A DNA stretch of 64,000 nucleotides from Haplodiscus bocki (GCA_965655095.1 OZ296656.1:13330001-13394000); one strand, 5' to 3'; positions 1-14,167 are shown, numbered from the stretch's first letter. Numbers and translations are program-made. The notes: generated from the sequence alone by a model not told the origin.

Positions 1-939
1 ATGGAAATCAACACAAAAAAGAATATTAATTGGACAATTTGGCATGATCTGCTTATCATTTTTCCAATCTACGGGACAAAATCAATAAATGTTCCCTCTA
101 AGAAACAATTGAAAAAATATCAAAGTCAGTTTAGACGTTGATAGGAACTTCAAAAGTGTAGCTTTCTTGGTATTCCCTCAGTCTGGGTATCACAGAGTGA
201 CATGTTTGAGTCGAAGTACTTTTCAGGTAATTTTTTGACCTCAGAGGAACTAGGGTGGCGAAAAGAAATGATACCCGAAAATTGAAAAAAAAAGCTCAAA
301 TTATTACCTCTTTAATTATTTTTTTTTCGGCCGATTCTTTGACTTTTCTGGGTTCTTTTTAGAAAATCGAGTTTTCTCCATTTTTTTGAAGATTATCGAG
401 AAATGCCAATTTTCTTCAATCACATCGGAAAATGAATCATTTTTGCGAAAAAAGATAGAGCCCACTAATCCAAAAGTAAAAACTTATGTCAATAAAACCG
501 TTTTTTGGTATAAAAAGATACGATTGCGTAAACGGGTATCCAAAATAAATATCATAGCCGACAGCGGGGTTCAAACCGATCGCCTCTGGCTTCTCAATTG
601 CACTGACGCCCACACATATTTACTATTCAAGGCACTAACGGTTCTTCAAAGTGCGCGCGCATAATGCTGAGCGTGATGGGCAGTTTCAGGAAAAAGAAAA
701 AACTGCCTACTGAGATGAAGTTTACCCTCGAAAAACTTTTTTCGACGGAAAACAACAAGACTGTCGTCTGGCACTGGCATACTTTCCGCCCCTAATTTTG
801 TTCAAAATGCGTTTTAAAAGATGGGAAGCCTTTCTTGAACAAGTGTTTTTTCGAGGAGTACTTTTTGAAAAGTATATTCTGGACGAATTATATTTTCATA
901 AAAATTTTTGGATTTTTTGCGGAAAACTTTTCGACTATT

Positions 940-2370
940 GGCGAAAAATTTTTGGCATTGTTGTCAAAGCTGCATTCTACGTGTCCAGAGGAACATCTTG
1001 AGGAAATTTTTTTTTGAAAAAAAATTAAAGTTTCATCGTTAAAGTCAGACTGAGTGGAAAATTTTCTGTCTTTTGGCGAAAAGCAATCACCATGGTTGTC
1101 AAAGCTGCATTCTACGTGTACAGAACATTACAGCGTTTTGAAAAAAAATTCAAAACGGACGCTACATCCTTCAAAAACGTGAACGCAATTGGTTAACATC
1201 GGGTTTGAAAACTGCACCATTTGAGTCGATGATTTCACTTCCTTTTGAAAATGGGTAAAAATATTAATCTTATCATCCTCGTTATTTTCTTGCACCAGAA
1301 TCCAAGTACATTCAAAGTAGGAAAATGTCAAAAAGTACAAACGCCCTTGATTCACACACTTTTCTGCAAACTTACACCTGTCAAAATTCTGTTGCGGTTC
1401 ATTGCTTGAATTGGAATTTTTTGCGGCTGAAAATGTCAGAAAATGCATGTGTTTGATTATTCTGATTATAGACAGTCAATTCTCCCTAAAAAAAGCCGCC
1501 TACATTTTTCACTCAATGTCTCAATCGACAATTACCTACCTGTGAAAGATGTTGTTTTTCATACATTGGTTGGCGTTCCTTGGAACGGCAATCAGACAGG
1601 CGGGAACTTCCAAAAAATCATTTAAGTATGATGTTTTTTATATACCAACTCATTCTTTCCAAACTACCCGCTGGATTTTTCCCGTCATTGTCGCAATCGA
1701 AAAATTTTTTATTTGCAAACGCATACTCAACGTTGAAACATCGGGTTTCGTTCTTTACAACGAAAACGAACTTGCCGAATTTTCATGAACGTTTAATTCC
1801 TTATATTCAAAGTCTTTTCCGTCGGAAATACCCGCTACATTTCCTCCATCAAAGTCTCATCGACGATTTTCTAATTATAGAAAGTTACACGAATATTCTG
1901 CGTTTCTTTCATTGTATTGCAAAGCTGTTGGACCGAAATTGCGAAAAAAGCGCAAATGCTTTTGTTTTCGAAATTCAAACTTTGTCCAAATTTAACGGCT
2001 GTTTTTTTATCAAGGTGTCGAAATTTTTTTTTGTCGGTGATCGCTCGATAAATATATTGCGGAAAATGTTTTACCATTGGCAGCTTTATAGGGGGAAAAT
2101 GGCGCAAAAAGCCATTTGTAGTGGTTTTTCTCGACACTCGAACTACTGTTTCTCTAAAACTACCGGCTGGATTTCCAGTATCATGGTCTCACTAGACCAT
2201 TTTGAGTTTCCAGGTTTTTCAAGAAAATACTGTCTGATAAACCCGTAATAACAAGAAATGCATGAAGCAATGGCGGAGATGATATTCTCCATCATTGGTA
2301 AACCGATTGGGTCTATTTTCGATCCATCAATCTTCGCCCCTGTCGACGGAAAATATCGCAGTGCCACTAG
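940..2370 (+). mobile_element. Non-autonomous repeat-rich element, Helitron-like 3' end
   Basis: Internal degenerate tandem units (ctgcattctacgtgtccagaggaac; aaactaccggctggatt). Ends gtcgacggaaaatatcgcagtgccaCTAG; the same terminus occurs at 31121-31151 and inverted at 39975-40015. Confidence 0.4.
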
Positions 2371-4920
2371 ATTAAACTGTTTGCACTAGATTATATAATC
2401 ACCATGTCTATGAGTTTCCTTTGCTAATGCGAAGGCTTTTCAACCCATCACTCAAGGAATAGTTTTTTCTGAAGTCAATCTGATCGGTCAGTCAACCAGT
2501 TCCGTCAACTAAACTTGTCAGTACAAATATCACTTCGCATGCGTTAGTACAGATAGCTAAAACTGAGAGCATGCTTTTTACACAAGCTCGTTGAAAAGTT
2601 TTCAAGATTAATTGTTAGATATGACGTAACATTTTTTCATGCTGAGTTCACCTTATTGGATGACTTTCGTGTTTTCAGAACAATTAAAAATACCAGGTGA
2701 CTCTGCTGATTTGACACAATGAGACGCAAAACATTGTTTGTTGTCAAAAAATAAGTTGATTTCAATTTTTCAGATTCTTTCAATTATTCAAGTTTAATTC
2801 AGTACGTCCAACTCGTTGAAGGGTCTTCTCTATTGTCTATGCCGGGGGACGGTGAAGTGGCTTATTAGAGAAACCTTCGTCGACTCAAAAATGTCACCAC
2901 AGCAATCAAGAACGCAACTTTTGGAAGTTGGCTAAGTCTCTTCTATAACGTTTTTCAATCTGTAAGGACTTGTTTCAAGTTAATTCTGGTAATATACATT
3001 TTCTTGTAACTAACCATTTTGTGTTTTCAAAAGTAAAATTTGCGGTGAAAATGAAATATGCCGATGCATTTCCTAAAACTGTCCTAATTATCTTTACCAT
3101 ATTGCAACCCGTGACACAACCTGATCAAAATGATTCAGCATAAAATGCCATTCAAAAATGCAAAATGTTACTCAAGTTTAGTATTAAACATGATTTACAT
3201 TCTAGGGTGGAATGAAATTTTTGTTAGCAGGCAGCGGTAGTAGACTTATATTCCTACTTTTAGTCGCTCCGGGACATGCCCTGAGAATTCCTTTAATCCG
3301 GTTCAACATCAACAAGAATCCTTGTTCAAACTCACGACCCGTCATGCCTGCAAACTAAAAACTCAAAACTCCTGCCGTTTCCTATTCATTTCTGATGATT
3401 ATCCTTTTCAAATGAGCTCAAATAAACTGCCAGTAGGCAAAAATAGGCACCAAAAAATGACAGGAAGCCTTGAGTTAGCAGGTTTGCTAGTTGCCAATGA
3501 TCAAGGCAAACGAAAGAGAATGGATTTCTTCGCAGGAGACGAACATTCACCTTCGAAAACGAACACAAATTCATCTGAAAATCGATTTCCGACTAAAATT
3601 TCACCGGCGGCCTAATAAGTTTTGAGGAGCTGCATATGACACCTGAACGAGAGTTTCAAAAAGTATACGAATCGCAACGTATATGAAAAATCGCAAATGG
3701 AGCAGAAATTGGGAAAAATACAAAAACTTTCATCAAAGCCACAATTTTGAAAGGTGAAACTAAAAACCGTAGTGAAATATTTTCGAACAAGTCCTGAACT
3801 GAGAAACGCAATCTTCAAGTTGCATAAAATCGAGTTAAATTTACAGAACAATAGCAAACCAAATCTTCTTGGTACAAAAAACGATAGATCAGAATCTCAA
3901 CTGTCTGTTTTTTGCATATTTCAAAGGCCAACAAACCGATAAAGATGACATGAATCTAAACATTGTAACTGAGAAAAAACATGCATTTGCGGTGCTGAAT
4001 TAGTTCATAACTAACATTTGATAACTTGCAAACTGTAGTTACGTAACAGCGCAAAGTTGAGGTTGGACTGGGATGATTGGATAAGTGAGAGTTGCATGTA
4101 GAAGTTCTCGGCCAGAGACTCAACGCCTTCCAAAATCTCTGAGGCTGTCTTCATGATTCAATTTTGGACAATATTTATACACATGCTTCCATTGGACAGC
4201 ATGTTTTCGTGGCGGGAGCGATTGCTGCAGTTTAGAATGCTGCAACGTTGCAACCATCCATCAAATATCAGTTGTCCCTTCTTTTCTAGTCAATGCAGGA
4301 GCCAACATAGACTACAGTACGACTCTTACTACTACTATTAAACTACAGTATATACTACAATACTATAAAGCAGGACTATTGTTCGCTCTTGCTTACATGG
4401 TGTGGTGGTGTGCTTCCTTCATAAATGCAGCGAATAATATTCGGCGCTTCGTACATGTTCCGTGTCTGTAGTGCAGTTCTATGTATCTCCTGTTACGTGA
4501 CGTAGATTACGTTCCATGGCATCGCCGGTCGCTCCCGCTTTTCTTCTATATCTTTATTACACTGTTCTTTTTCCTGGTCTCCCTCCATTGGCATCATGTA
4601 CGTAGGTACGTTATTTTCTGCTTTCGCCCCCTTAAAAGGAAATAATATTCCATAATACAATGAAATGTTCCCCAAAAAGGAATGTTTCAATATGTGTAAA
4701 TGTTGGATTGATGGAACCACGCCAACAACAATAGTAAAAATAACGAAAATAAAAACAACAGCAGAAGATTTAGAACGCAGAAGCGAAGAGCAGCAAATTT
4801 TTTCAAATGAATTCCAGCCATTTCATTTTTTCTGCTTTACATTAGTAGAGTAAGCCCGTCATACAGAATGGAGAGCAGAAAAGCCTTGCACTTGTACTCA
4901 TACAAGGTACACATAGCAAT

Positions 4921-5165
4921 TGTGACATGCTATTAAACCTGCCTCTGTTACCACTACCAGGAATGGAGCAGTTGAGAGCGCTGAAATTAATATTTCTTGT
5001 TCTACTAGTAAACCACTATCCCTATATTTTCCCACTATCCCTACCCCCTCGCTTGGTTGTTATACTCCTTGCTCAAGTTGCTACTTGCAGCCGCCTTAAG
5101 CTTCAGGCCTACCTCTAATACTGAAATATCATTCATTCAGATTCACAAAATGGCGTGACAGGATA
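4921..5165 (+). mobile_element. Possible short LTR plus primer-binding site
   Basis: 227-bp segment TGTGA...TCACA (4921-5147) followed by aaaTGGCGTGACAGGAT, a PBS-like sequence. No partner LTR identified. Confidence 0.3.
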
Positions 5166-6377
5166 CTCAATAGCATGGTGAAACAGACGCACACAGAAAT
5201 ATATGTCATGCACGGAAATGCAATCACGAATAAGGAATGATAGTCCCGAATATATTATGTAGGTATTGGTATGCAGCGTGGATCATTTGAAGACATAGGG
5301 GACGTAGAACGAGAGCGAAGAATTTGAAAGCCAGGTAGGCATGAATGAAGGCAATACTACTGCGTAAAATAGAGGTATCTGTATAAGGGGAAGATATAAA
5401 ATAGTGAATGGTAGAGAGAAGTAGCATTTGAGTGCTGCTTATTAAATAGCAGTCAACTGACAGTCCAACACAGCAGACAGGCTTGAGAATGTTCATTAGG
5501 GGTGGGAATTCATATCACACAGGGGAGAGAATAGTACATACACAGAGGTAATACGCTATGTCTTCAATAGTGCAATGCCAAATTAGCTAACTTTCCTAAT
5601 TGCACTTTTTCATTTCCTCTTTGCTGGATTAAAACTGGGCTTTTACCTCAGATATTGAAGGACATATACATTACATACTAGTCAATACGCAGAAAAACGG
5701 CAAAAGAAATGACAAACACGTACGTAGGAATTATACTACAGTATAGTACCTGCCTACGTGCCAGTATAGTACCTGCCTATTTTGTTCTGAACACTGCTGT
5801 TGTATCTTTTATATTTTTGCTACCGGTGTAGTTATTTTACGTTCCACGCACTCAAAAGCACGTTCTGTCGCCCTGTGTAGCACGTTTTAGGTAATGCAGC
5901 GATCGGATTTTATCAATTTAGGTGTCCTTTCAGCAAGCTGTGATGTAAAAAGCCAAGCGGAAAGTTCTCATTACGGAATATAGAAAAAAGTTTAGGATAG
6001 GATGTAACCGCAGCAAATTGCATCAATTTGCACTTTGCCTATTTTTAGAGAAAACTACTCCGAAGAAGACAAAACAGTATGTATTTTGATCGAAAACGAA
6101 ATATAACCAAGAAAAAACTTGATTCAATTTGAAAACTTGACCTGAACGTCACATAATTAAGCCCAATTTATATCGTTCCAATTTCTATACATGAACATGA
6201 TTCATTTCGCTGGTTCAACTCTACTCATCAGTTGAAACTTCGCTCTCATTCCGAGATTCTTCATCACGAACGAAGCTATGGAACTGTTTGAAAGTTGTCT
6301 TGAGTCGTTTCTCACCTTCTTCCATTTTTTCCATCGATTTTTGCAAGTCTTTCCATATGGACTAAAAAAAATAAACA

Positions 6378-7980
6378 AATGTAGCGCACGACTTGCTAAA
6401 CTCACTCGCTTTTTTCATTCGGCATGATAATCATGACGCCATAGCCGAACAATCTCTGAGTTTATTCTCGTTTTTATTAGCTTGCTACTTGCTTGCTTCG
6501 TTCCTTCGGCAATGACGTCAGAAAAACTTTGATAGTTTTGAAAAACGCAGACAACGTTTTACATTTCCACTATACACTGCTCCCAGGTTGAGCATCACAA
6601 ATCAGATTTTAATTGCACTGTTGGAAACGCGACACTTTCAACAGCCAATAAATAGGAAAATTTTCATCGCCTGATAATATCAAATTGATTGACCCAAATC
6701 AACGTTTAAATACAGGAGCGCGTAAAATGATGAATTGAATGGTCCTGGACGCTGACAGCAAAAGTCTCACAGTCTTTCGGAAATACCGAGCTCATACGCT
6801 ACCAGTTACGTGCACTTGAAATTTTATGTTGGACAATTAAAATGAGATTATGAGATGTATATGTGAAAAGATGGCTGATTTATACTAGCTATTCAAATAA
6901 TCTGAGTTATATGACACTTAACTCGGAAGGTGTCAGGTCAAAATCTCCTTAGTTAAAATCTCCTATGCCAAAATCTCCTCAGTCAAAATCTCCTATGTCA
7001 AAATCTCCTAAATTATTGAATAAAGTTTTTGGCTAAGAAATTAAATAATTGAGCTTAAAGCTGAAGCATTTAAGGCTAATTACCTCTAATTATTTAATTA
7101 GGACTACCATTATATGTCGCATTGGGTAATATGGCATTAGTTATTTTGGCATTGGGTATTATGACTTTGGGTATTATGTCCAGACGACACCCATTTCTTG
7201 GTATTTTTATTATTTCAAAAACACTTCTGTACTCGGGCTAAGGGCATTTTCAGTATCAGGGATTCCGCAAAAATGCTTTCAGAATACCGTCGAAAATACA
7301 ATTAAGTTCTGTTCATTAGAGTGTGTTGTGTTTGCATTTCTGAAAATTATGGTTGAAATATGAAAAATAATTCCACATCTTCCATAAATAAGCAAAGGGG
7401 TATCCCAAAAATTTTTAGTATTCGTTTTTTGCGAAAGTTTTTATTATTTGTGTTTTTATTTTTTTTAAAATCATTCGTAGGCAATTTGTAAAACTTATCG
7501 GAAAATTTTCTTTATCGGAAAAAAATTGAGAATTGTACGATTGCACAACTTTTTTGAAAAAATTATGGTTGTTTAGAATTTGACTTCCGAAGATGAACAT
7601 TTTAGAGATGCAACTTGCAATAATATAGAAAAGCTCTGACGACAAATTATCGGTATAATTTCTAAACCATTTTCTTAATTGGTGGCAATTAGTTAAATAA
7701 TTATCTTAATTAGGTTCGTGCGTCTTGGCATAAAAATAATTTAGGAGATTTTGACCTAGGAGATTTTGAGTTGGGAGATTTGACATGTAACCAACTCGGA
7801 AACGCTGTGAATATAAGATTGTTTTGACAATTTTGCTTTTTCTCAAATATTACTGAATGAGATAGCGAGAATCGGTCAAGTAACATTTCCGAGCGATGAA
7901 CGGAAGTCAAATCAGCGTATGCAAATTCTTCAATAAAACAGTTGGCTGATTGTGCGATCGGCGAATTGAACGTCGTCCTT
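6378..7980 (+). repeat. Dispersed repeat copy, interrupted by the MITE
   Basis: 6378-6540 and 7860-7980 are reverse-complement homologues of 23570-23725 and 23270-23390. Confidence 0.65.
6929..7792. mobile_element. Foldback/Mutator-like MITE with 9-bp TSD
   Basis: Exact TSD aactcggaa at 6920-6928 and 7793-7801. Inverted ends (ggtgtcaggtcaaaatctcc / ggagatttgacatgtaacc) built from tandem ~14-15-bp (gt)caaaatctcct units, 5 left and 3 right. Confidence 0.85.
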
Positions 7981-9381
7981 CAAATTCAGTTTTCGACTCG
8001 ATTACGCATTATGCAGTACGAGTAGAGAAATTGATGCACACAAAATTGAACAAGCCGGGAACTTCCCAAGTCCACGCCGCCCGTAAGGTTCAAAATATCT
8101 ATGGGGTACTGTGTTTTTCGGACAAAACAATCGGCAAATTCATGTTTATTCTGCGGGAAAATTTTGTCGAATTTTGGTGAAGGTACTTTTTGGAACGATA
8201 TTTACTGTCCGAGAAAATCACTATTTTAGAAAATTTTGGTATATGACTTCGGAAGAAAATATTGTGTATGGTAGGGGGTATCACGATAAACTTCGGACTG
8301 AAGTTTCTGATTTTTTTTCGTACATATAGGCATTTTCTCATTCCTGACCAGCAATTTTGGATCTGAAATTATTGGGTACCCTTTGATGTCTCCCGAACAC
8401 TTCGCCGTGTCAGAGCGCTAAAAAAGTCACTGTAATAGTCATGCATTTTTGTAAAAGCGCCGACTAAAACCAAAATCCTTTCCAAAAGATGGACAAGTTT
8501 TTCTAAACTTCTAGGAAATATGATTTTCCCGGCTGACGAGTTAATCCGATTTTATCTGGTGGCTCTCTAACATTTAACAGGTTTTAGATCCGAAGAGTAA
8601 AAAATTCTCAAGATTTAGCATGTATTGCAATCGATGACTTTCCCTAAATTTGCATTCATCAACCTAAAGATCACTTATTTTGACAAACTTCAAAAAATTC
8701 TGAAACATTTCTACCATAAAAAAATGCGATTATACCAAATGTTTTGTCCCAAAAACCAATTTTTCAACAAAGGACTCCTCGTGGATAATTTGAGCCTTAC
8801 CGGCTACGGGCAGTGCCCACTTGGGCCGTTCCTGGCTTGTTTTTGCTTATCTCTTACGTCTGGAAAACAAAGCGGGGTTATCAAATTCGAATCTCCTCTG
8901 TCTGAAGTTGTCCTGTCTGCTTTCAAAATATGACGTCATTGTTACGCTATAATGTCTTGGTCCCATACGACCAGGGAGGATGAAAAAAGAAAGATAAAAT
9001 AGCATGATTGAACGAACATACATAGAATTTGTGCTCGAATGAAGAGAGCTCTTGGCTGTTTGCCTCGAGGAACGCTTTTGAATAATGCGAGTCTTTCATT
9101 TCTTGCAAATGCGCTTTTTGTTGTTTCGTCTCAGCTTCGTGCATCAATTTTACCAATTTCTCTAGCTCTTCCGCCCCTCTGCGAATGAAACCTGCACAAA
9201 CAGTTTCAAAACCAGATATTATTCCAGGCTGCAATTTCCAGCACTGACCATTCATTGCATCAGTCACCAGGTAACAATTGTTACTGCCAAAAACAATTTT
9301 GTGATTCAAAATCTACTGCGCCATTGATGAATTTATTTATTCTTGAAGCAGTAATAATATGATAGTTGCTTTGGTTTCTAC

Positions 9382-9879
9382 TGTAAACCGGAGGTTTATG
9401 CTAAATTTCTCATTTGCGCATAAGTCTCAAAACAGTTTATGAAAAGAATATAATTTTAAAAAAAGGTCTTTTACAAAAGCTGGAAAATTCCAAGTCATAA
9501 CCTTTTCTGACTCAGCTGTTTTTATAAATAAATCTTAGTGAAAATTCAAGACGCTTTGTCAAGTGAATTTCGTAGGGGAGACCAAAGGAAAAGAGAGAAA
9601 AGAAGAACTATTGCCCCTTTACGTTCCGCATTTGATCGTTGTTAATGCTAGCTTATTTTTCTCTCTAGCTCAGGACAGTTGTTGTCACGCGGCTTTTCCC
9701 TATTGGCTGGGCGTTGAAAGAATTATCTTTTGCAATTTTATGTCAGCGCGTTACTATTCGCTTAGACAATCCAAATGCTCGGATAATTCCTCTTCGGATA
9801 TTATTTCTTTCTGAGTCAATTTCCCTGGACAATCTCCTTCAGGAAAAGGAACTAAATTAAACGGTAGCGCATTGTTATA
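9382..9879 (-). repeat. 3' LTR
   Basis: Aligns end to end with 15834-16322 (tgtaaa...gcgcataagtctcaaaacag...acggtagcgcattg). Confidence 0.9.
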
Positions 9880-10044
9880 ACTCACCCCAGTTGATAGAGA
9901 AGACTGCATTATTCGTAATACTCGTCAACTAATATGCAACAATAAAGTATAAAATTGTAAGGGTTATATAAATCATACAAATCAAGATTAATGGTTAAAG
10001 AAAAGTTTCAGTTTAATGAAGAGAAAGTTAATGAACAGGAAAGT

Positions 10045-11654
10045 TTACGGGTTATGAAATGTTTCAAAGAGTTTAACAGTTTTGAATTTTTCTTGGCGAG
10101 TTTCACTTATTTTGTCCAGTAGGGACATTCTTTGCATCAATTGGCCAAGGGGGACGTACACATTTTTGTGTCCAGTTCGGGTGTCTTTTGAAATTGTAAG
10201 CAGTTGGATAGTAGACTGTCGAAAGTCGGGTTTTGATATTCCCTCGTTTGACATTGAAAATTGATTACTTCTTGTATTGTTCTAAATACCAATTTTCAGC
10301 ATAGGTAAGGAGCGCGTGTACACATTTTTCCGATTTTTCATATTGCTGGCCGTCAACAGCTTGGATTAGCTGAATGGCTTCGGCTCTTTGGACGTCTATC
10401 TCCACTCTCATCACTTGCAAATATTTAACGAGCTTCTCCATTTCTGTCTGCTCTTTGATTTGAGTGGCTTTCTTGTTCAAAGTGAAAACGTTCATTGGCA
10501 AGGTCATATTCGTCAAGTTCTCGTTTCAAGAGGATATTTTTCTTATTGGACTCTAGCAATTCAGATTGAATGGACTCCACTTTGGAGGTCGCTTCATCTA
10601 ACTGTTGCTTTACTTTTATTCTCTTCGAATAAATCAGAAGTGACGCGTTCTGAAATCTCCAAATTAGACTCGGCTCGATCAGCATCGAGTTTAGCAGTCG
10701 CTCGTGAGCGGTTAGCACATCTCAAGGAGACTTTCAGATTATTTAGTTTTTGGAGGAGAGCCTTGTTTTGTTGTTCAAATTCGGCTGTTGCGAAGTCGGT
10801 ACTCTACAATGATGAAGTCAATTGGGAATCAGTTAGAGTGTCCCATATTTCAGTTTCTGTTTGGATTCCAATCAATGCCGTTTCGGTTGAATTGGACCGG
10901 TTCATATTGAATTGGAAGTATTTCGGGTATTACATTTCAGATCTATCTGACTGGACGAAGTACTTGGCAGGTATGATGATGAAGAAGGGCTGTTGGAGAC
11001 TGGATTGGGGTCGTCTGGGAATGCAGTGACGACACCAAAGGGAGCTTTTATAAGGAAGTTTAAGTCATGGTTGCAAAAAAGGTATTTTTTTCATCAGGAA
11101 TCCTGTCCTTTACTATCCATTGGTTAAAGTCTTCAGGGAGATTCACTATTAGAGAAGAACTTCGATTGGCCGGGATTACAACAGAGCAATTCAATTTTTT
11201 ATTGAATAGTCTAACTTCTCCAATACTTCTTGGCAAAGACTATTCATTTCAACCTCTACGAATCGCGTATTTGAGAATTGTTATATATTGTGGATCACCG
11301 GTGTCAAAATTTAACTCCCGATCCCTGTGAATTTCCAATCTCTGAGACTTGGGAATGATTTTTATTATTCGGGAGACCATCATTCAAACGTGAGGAAACA
11401 CGTGCAGGTCTTTTTCCATCATCGAGTCTCATTGACAAACGATGAGAGGGATTGAAGTCCTTACAAAGTCTCATTGACTTATTAGTAACTACCTTTTCAG
11501 CTGAGCAAGCAGCAGTTCGTTTGTGAGCATTCTTATAGAGTTCTACATTTTTGTTAATTCGTCGGGCTTTTCGGGATTTGAAGGTAAGATTAGGGGGTCT
11601 CAAATCGTTGGGAATGAATCCTTCACTTTCGAATAAATCAATCAAGTGAGACAT
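10045..11654 (-). pseudogene. Degenerate accessory ORFs between env and 3' LTR (basic ORF-A, coiled-coil ORF-B, 69-aa ORF-C)
   Basis: ATG-initiated 11304-11654 continues through stops to about 10900. Heptad-rich EFEQQNKALLQKLNNLK...VKQQLDEATSKVESIQSELLE...EMEKLVKYLQ spans 10900-10265. MSNEGISK...HNP at 10045-10254. Same strand as env. Confidence 0.5.
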
Positions 11655-11741
11655 AATGAAAGTTCTGAAAGTAAATCAAAAAACGTGAATAAACGAAAAT
11701 TGAAGATAAGTTGCAGAGAATTAGACAACTAAAACTATTTG

Positions 11742-14167
11742 TCAAAGCGAGTAAATAATTGAATCAACAATTGAATTGTTTTCGGGTTTTTCCTCTTTCT
11801 CTAATTTTTCGAGTTTCTTTTTTCTGAAATTACAAAAAAAATTAAGGTGGGGTAAAGGAGCATTTCCGTTACCGTTAGGAGTATTTCCGTTGTTAGAAGT
11901 ATTAGGAGCATTTTCGTTAATACAATTATTCAAAAAGGTATTTGAAGTATTGGGAGCATTTCCTGAAGAATGATACACATTAGAATCATTTCCTTCTCAT
12001 TCAGTTATGTTTGAACTAATCCGAATTGGATTGTTCACAAGATGTACGGGAAGGTTCTTTTTTCTTCGTTTTCTTTGTACATTGGTGCAGCTAAGGTTTC
12101 ATTACCTGTAACGTTCTGCATACGAAGATCACCATTATTTTTGTGCTCATCACTTTCGTACATTGGAGTCTGTAGTGAGAGAACAAACAAATGAAAAGTT
12201 GCACCAAGCATAGTTCTGACAAAACCAAAAGTGGCACCGGAAACTTTTCGAATTTCAAGTCCTCGAAGGACACTTACAACAACGTCAATAATAAACTTTA
12301 CAAAAAGGAAACAAGCGAAAAACGTTTCCAAAACATTGAATGTAATATCCCAAACGACCAAAAGCTTCTTTAAATTTGTCGACGAAAAAGGCGTCAAAAA
12401 ATGATCCAACAAAAGTCCATCATCTACACTCAAAAAGGCGTTTTAAGTTTCAAGGATTGGAAATTCGAACTGTATCGCCTTGTGTCAGAATGTTTCTTGT
12501 AGGCTTCTTTAGGACAGTGTCGGAAGCCGAAGCATGGATGTTATCCCAGAAATTTTCCATTTGCCTGCGAGTATACATTCCAGCAGGCCTAGTGTCAAAA
12601 GTAGGAAACTGAGTAATATGGCCAAGTTCAGTTGGCTTGAACAACAAAGTTTATTAAAAGGAATGGGATCAGGTAAAAGTTGATAACAGGAATTGTCATT
12701 CTCAAGGTCAATTTGAAACACATTAGTGTAATCACCCAAACAGGGTATCTCGGATGCGGAGTAATAAGTCTGACGTTTAATAGGATCTACAAATTTAGCA
12801 ATCCTTTCAAACAAGATCGGAATCCGATCATAACATTTATCAAGCACTTTTAGAGGGGACAAAAATTCAGTACAATGATACAACCAAACGACAGTTCCAT
12901 CGGTGTCTAGAAACATAGACCTATTTCCAGTTAACATATAACCGGCAAGCCTGGTGTTTCGCATTGCTAACATTAAAATTGTTTACATTTGAGTACGCTC
13001 AAGTTCGCATTGATTTTGCAAGAGCGTCATTTCTGAATGTCTCAGTTGCTTGGTGTTGATATACATTATATAGTCCAATTTTGTTCCCAAGTGCTATTCA
13101 TAATCAATTTCATTCGCGCCGACAAAACGAAAAGGTTGTGTGCCAACCCATTTGCCGTTTACTTCGGTAAAACTTAAAGACGTATAAGAAACCTGGCTAG
13201 TGTTGTCAATCGAAAACTGAAATGCATTAGATGAATATTCTTTTGTTCGTAATTCTCCACGTGGCATTGCAAAACCTCCTTGGTAATTCACAGACTTTCA
13301 AAATTTGTTTTGTACAACCTTTCAGGTTTTCCACATAGCTCATATTTCAGGGAAAACTTTAAGTTCTATTATGTTCACTCCTTTTCCAGTGTCGTTGAAT
13401 TCACTAAGGAAGAAGTACTGATTTTCCTTTTGATCCGTTGTCAAAGGATAGTTTAATATTTTTGCATCTTGTGTGAGAAATTTTGTCAATACACAATTTT
13501 CTGGAGTATCCCATGTAGATGCAAGAGTCGAGAGCAGTGGTCTCGCAACCACCCGCCATTAAAAGGCATGGAAATTTCTTCCTATCCCCATTGGAAACCT
13601 CTTTGGTCCCGTAATTATAGATTAGGTTGACACGTTGCATTAACGCTTCAAAAGTGTAATGTTTGATTTGGCCGCTGGTATATTCAGTTGTTGAGATACC
13701 GGCTTGGCCATCATTGAATTTTGATTGTGTCTTTACATCAAATTGAATGAGAACATCAAAATTTTCATCAAATGATGTAATTTTGATTTTTTTTGTATTT
13801 CGATGGAAGTCTACACATTTCAGGTGTGACTATCATGTCATAAGTGATGCTATATTGATCATGCACGTATGACGTATCAGAGAACATTCCACAATTGTAT
13901 CGGAAAACATGCACCTTGACAGAACACATTGTTGCGATAAATTTTCTGATAGAGTGTAGTAGTAGCCAGAGCGATATACAAATTTTCAGGTGAACATTTG
14001 CATTCAGCTACTTTGTTTAGTAAGTACATTCGATTGTCCTGCATTTTGGTACAATCGCAATGAGAAACAATTAACTCTAGCGACACATTGTCTTTGTTAT
14101 CAACTTCAAGAGTATCAGTTAGGAAAACAAAAAAAAATATAAAGACTAATAAGTTATTATGCGTCAT
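11742..14167 (-). pseudogene. Chuvirus-like / gB-type class III envelope glycoprotein, frameshifted
   Basis: Signal peptide MTHNNLLVFIFFFVFLT; N-terminal LIVSHCDC...YLLNKVAEC; central LAGYMLTG...GTVVWLYHC...CYDRIPI...FVDP...C...YQLLP...AGMYT; C-terminal TM FVKFIIDVVV...RGLEIRKVSG...LGATFHL. This follows the chuvirus-G Cys/motif order as I recall it. Spread over ORFs 13877-14194, 13404-13640, 13340-13552, 13094-13291, 12509-12973, 12450-12647 and 12035-12433. Confidence 0.75.

Noticed and set aside
1580-2248. 222-aa ORF and other F/K/I-rich ORFs (e.g. 33322-33669, 34731-35174, 20683-21099)
   Set aside because: They lie in degenerate AT-rich repeats or show no recognisable domain or splice support.
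10388-11029. 213-aa plus-strand ORF; likewise antisense ORFs over MTR, 14-3-3, LINEs and env
   Set aside because: Shadow ORFs opposite real or decayed coding sequence, with no recognisable motifs.
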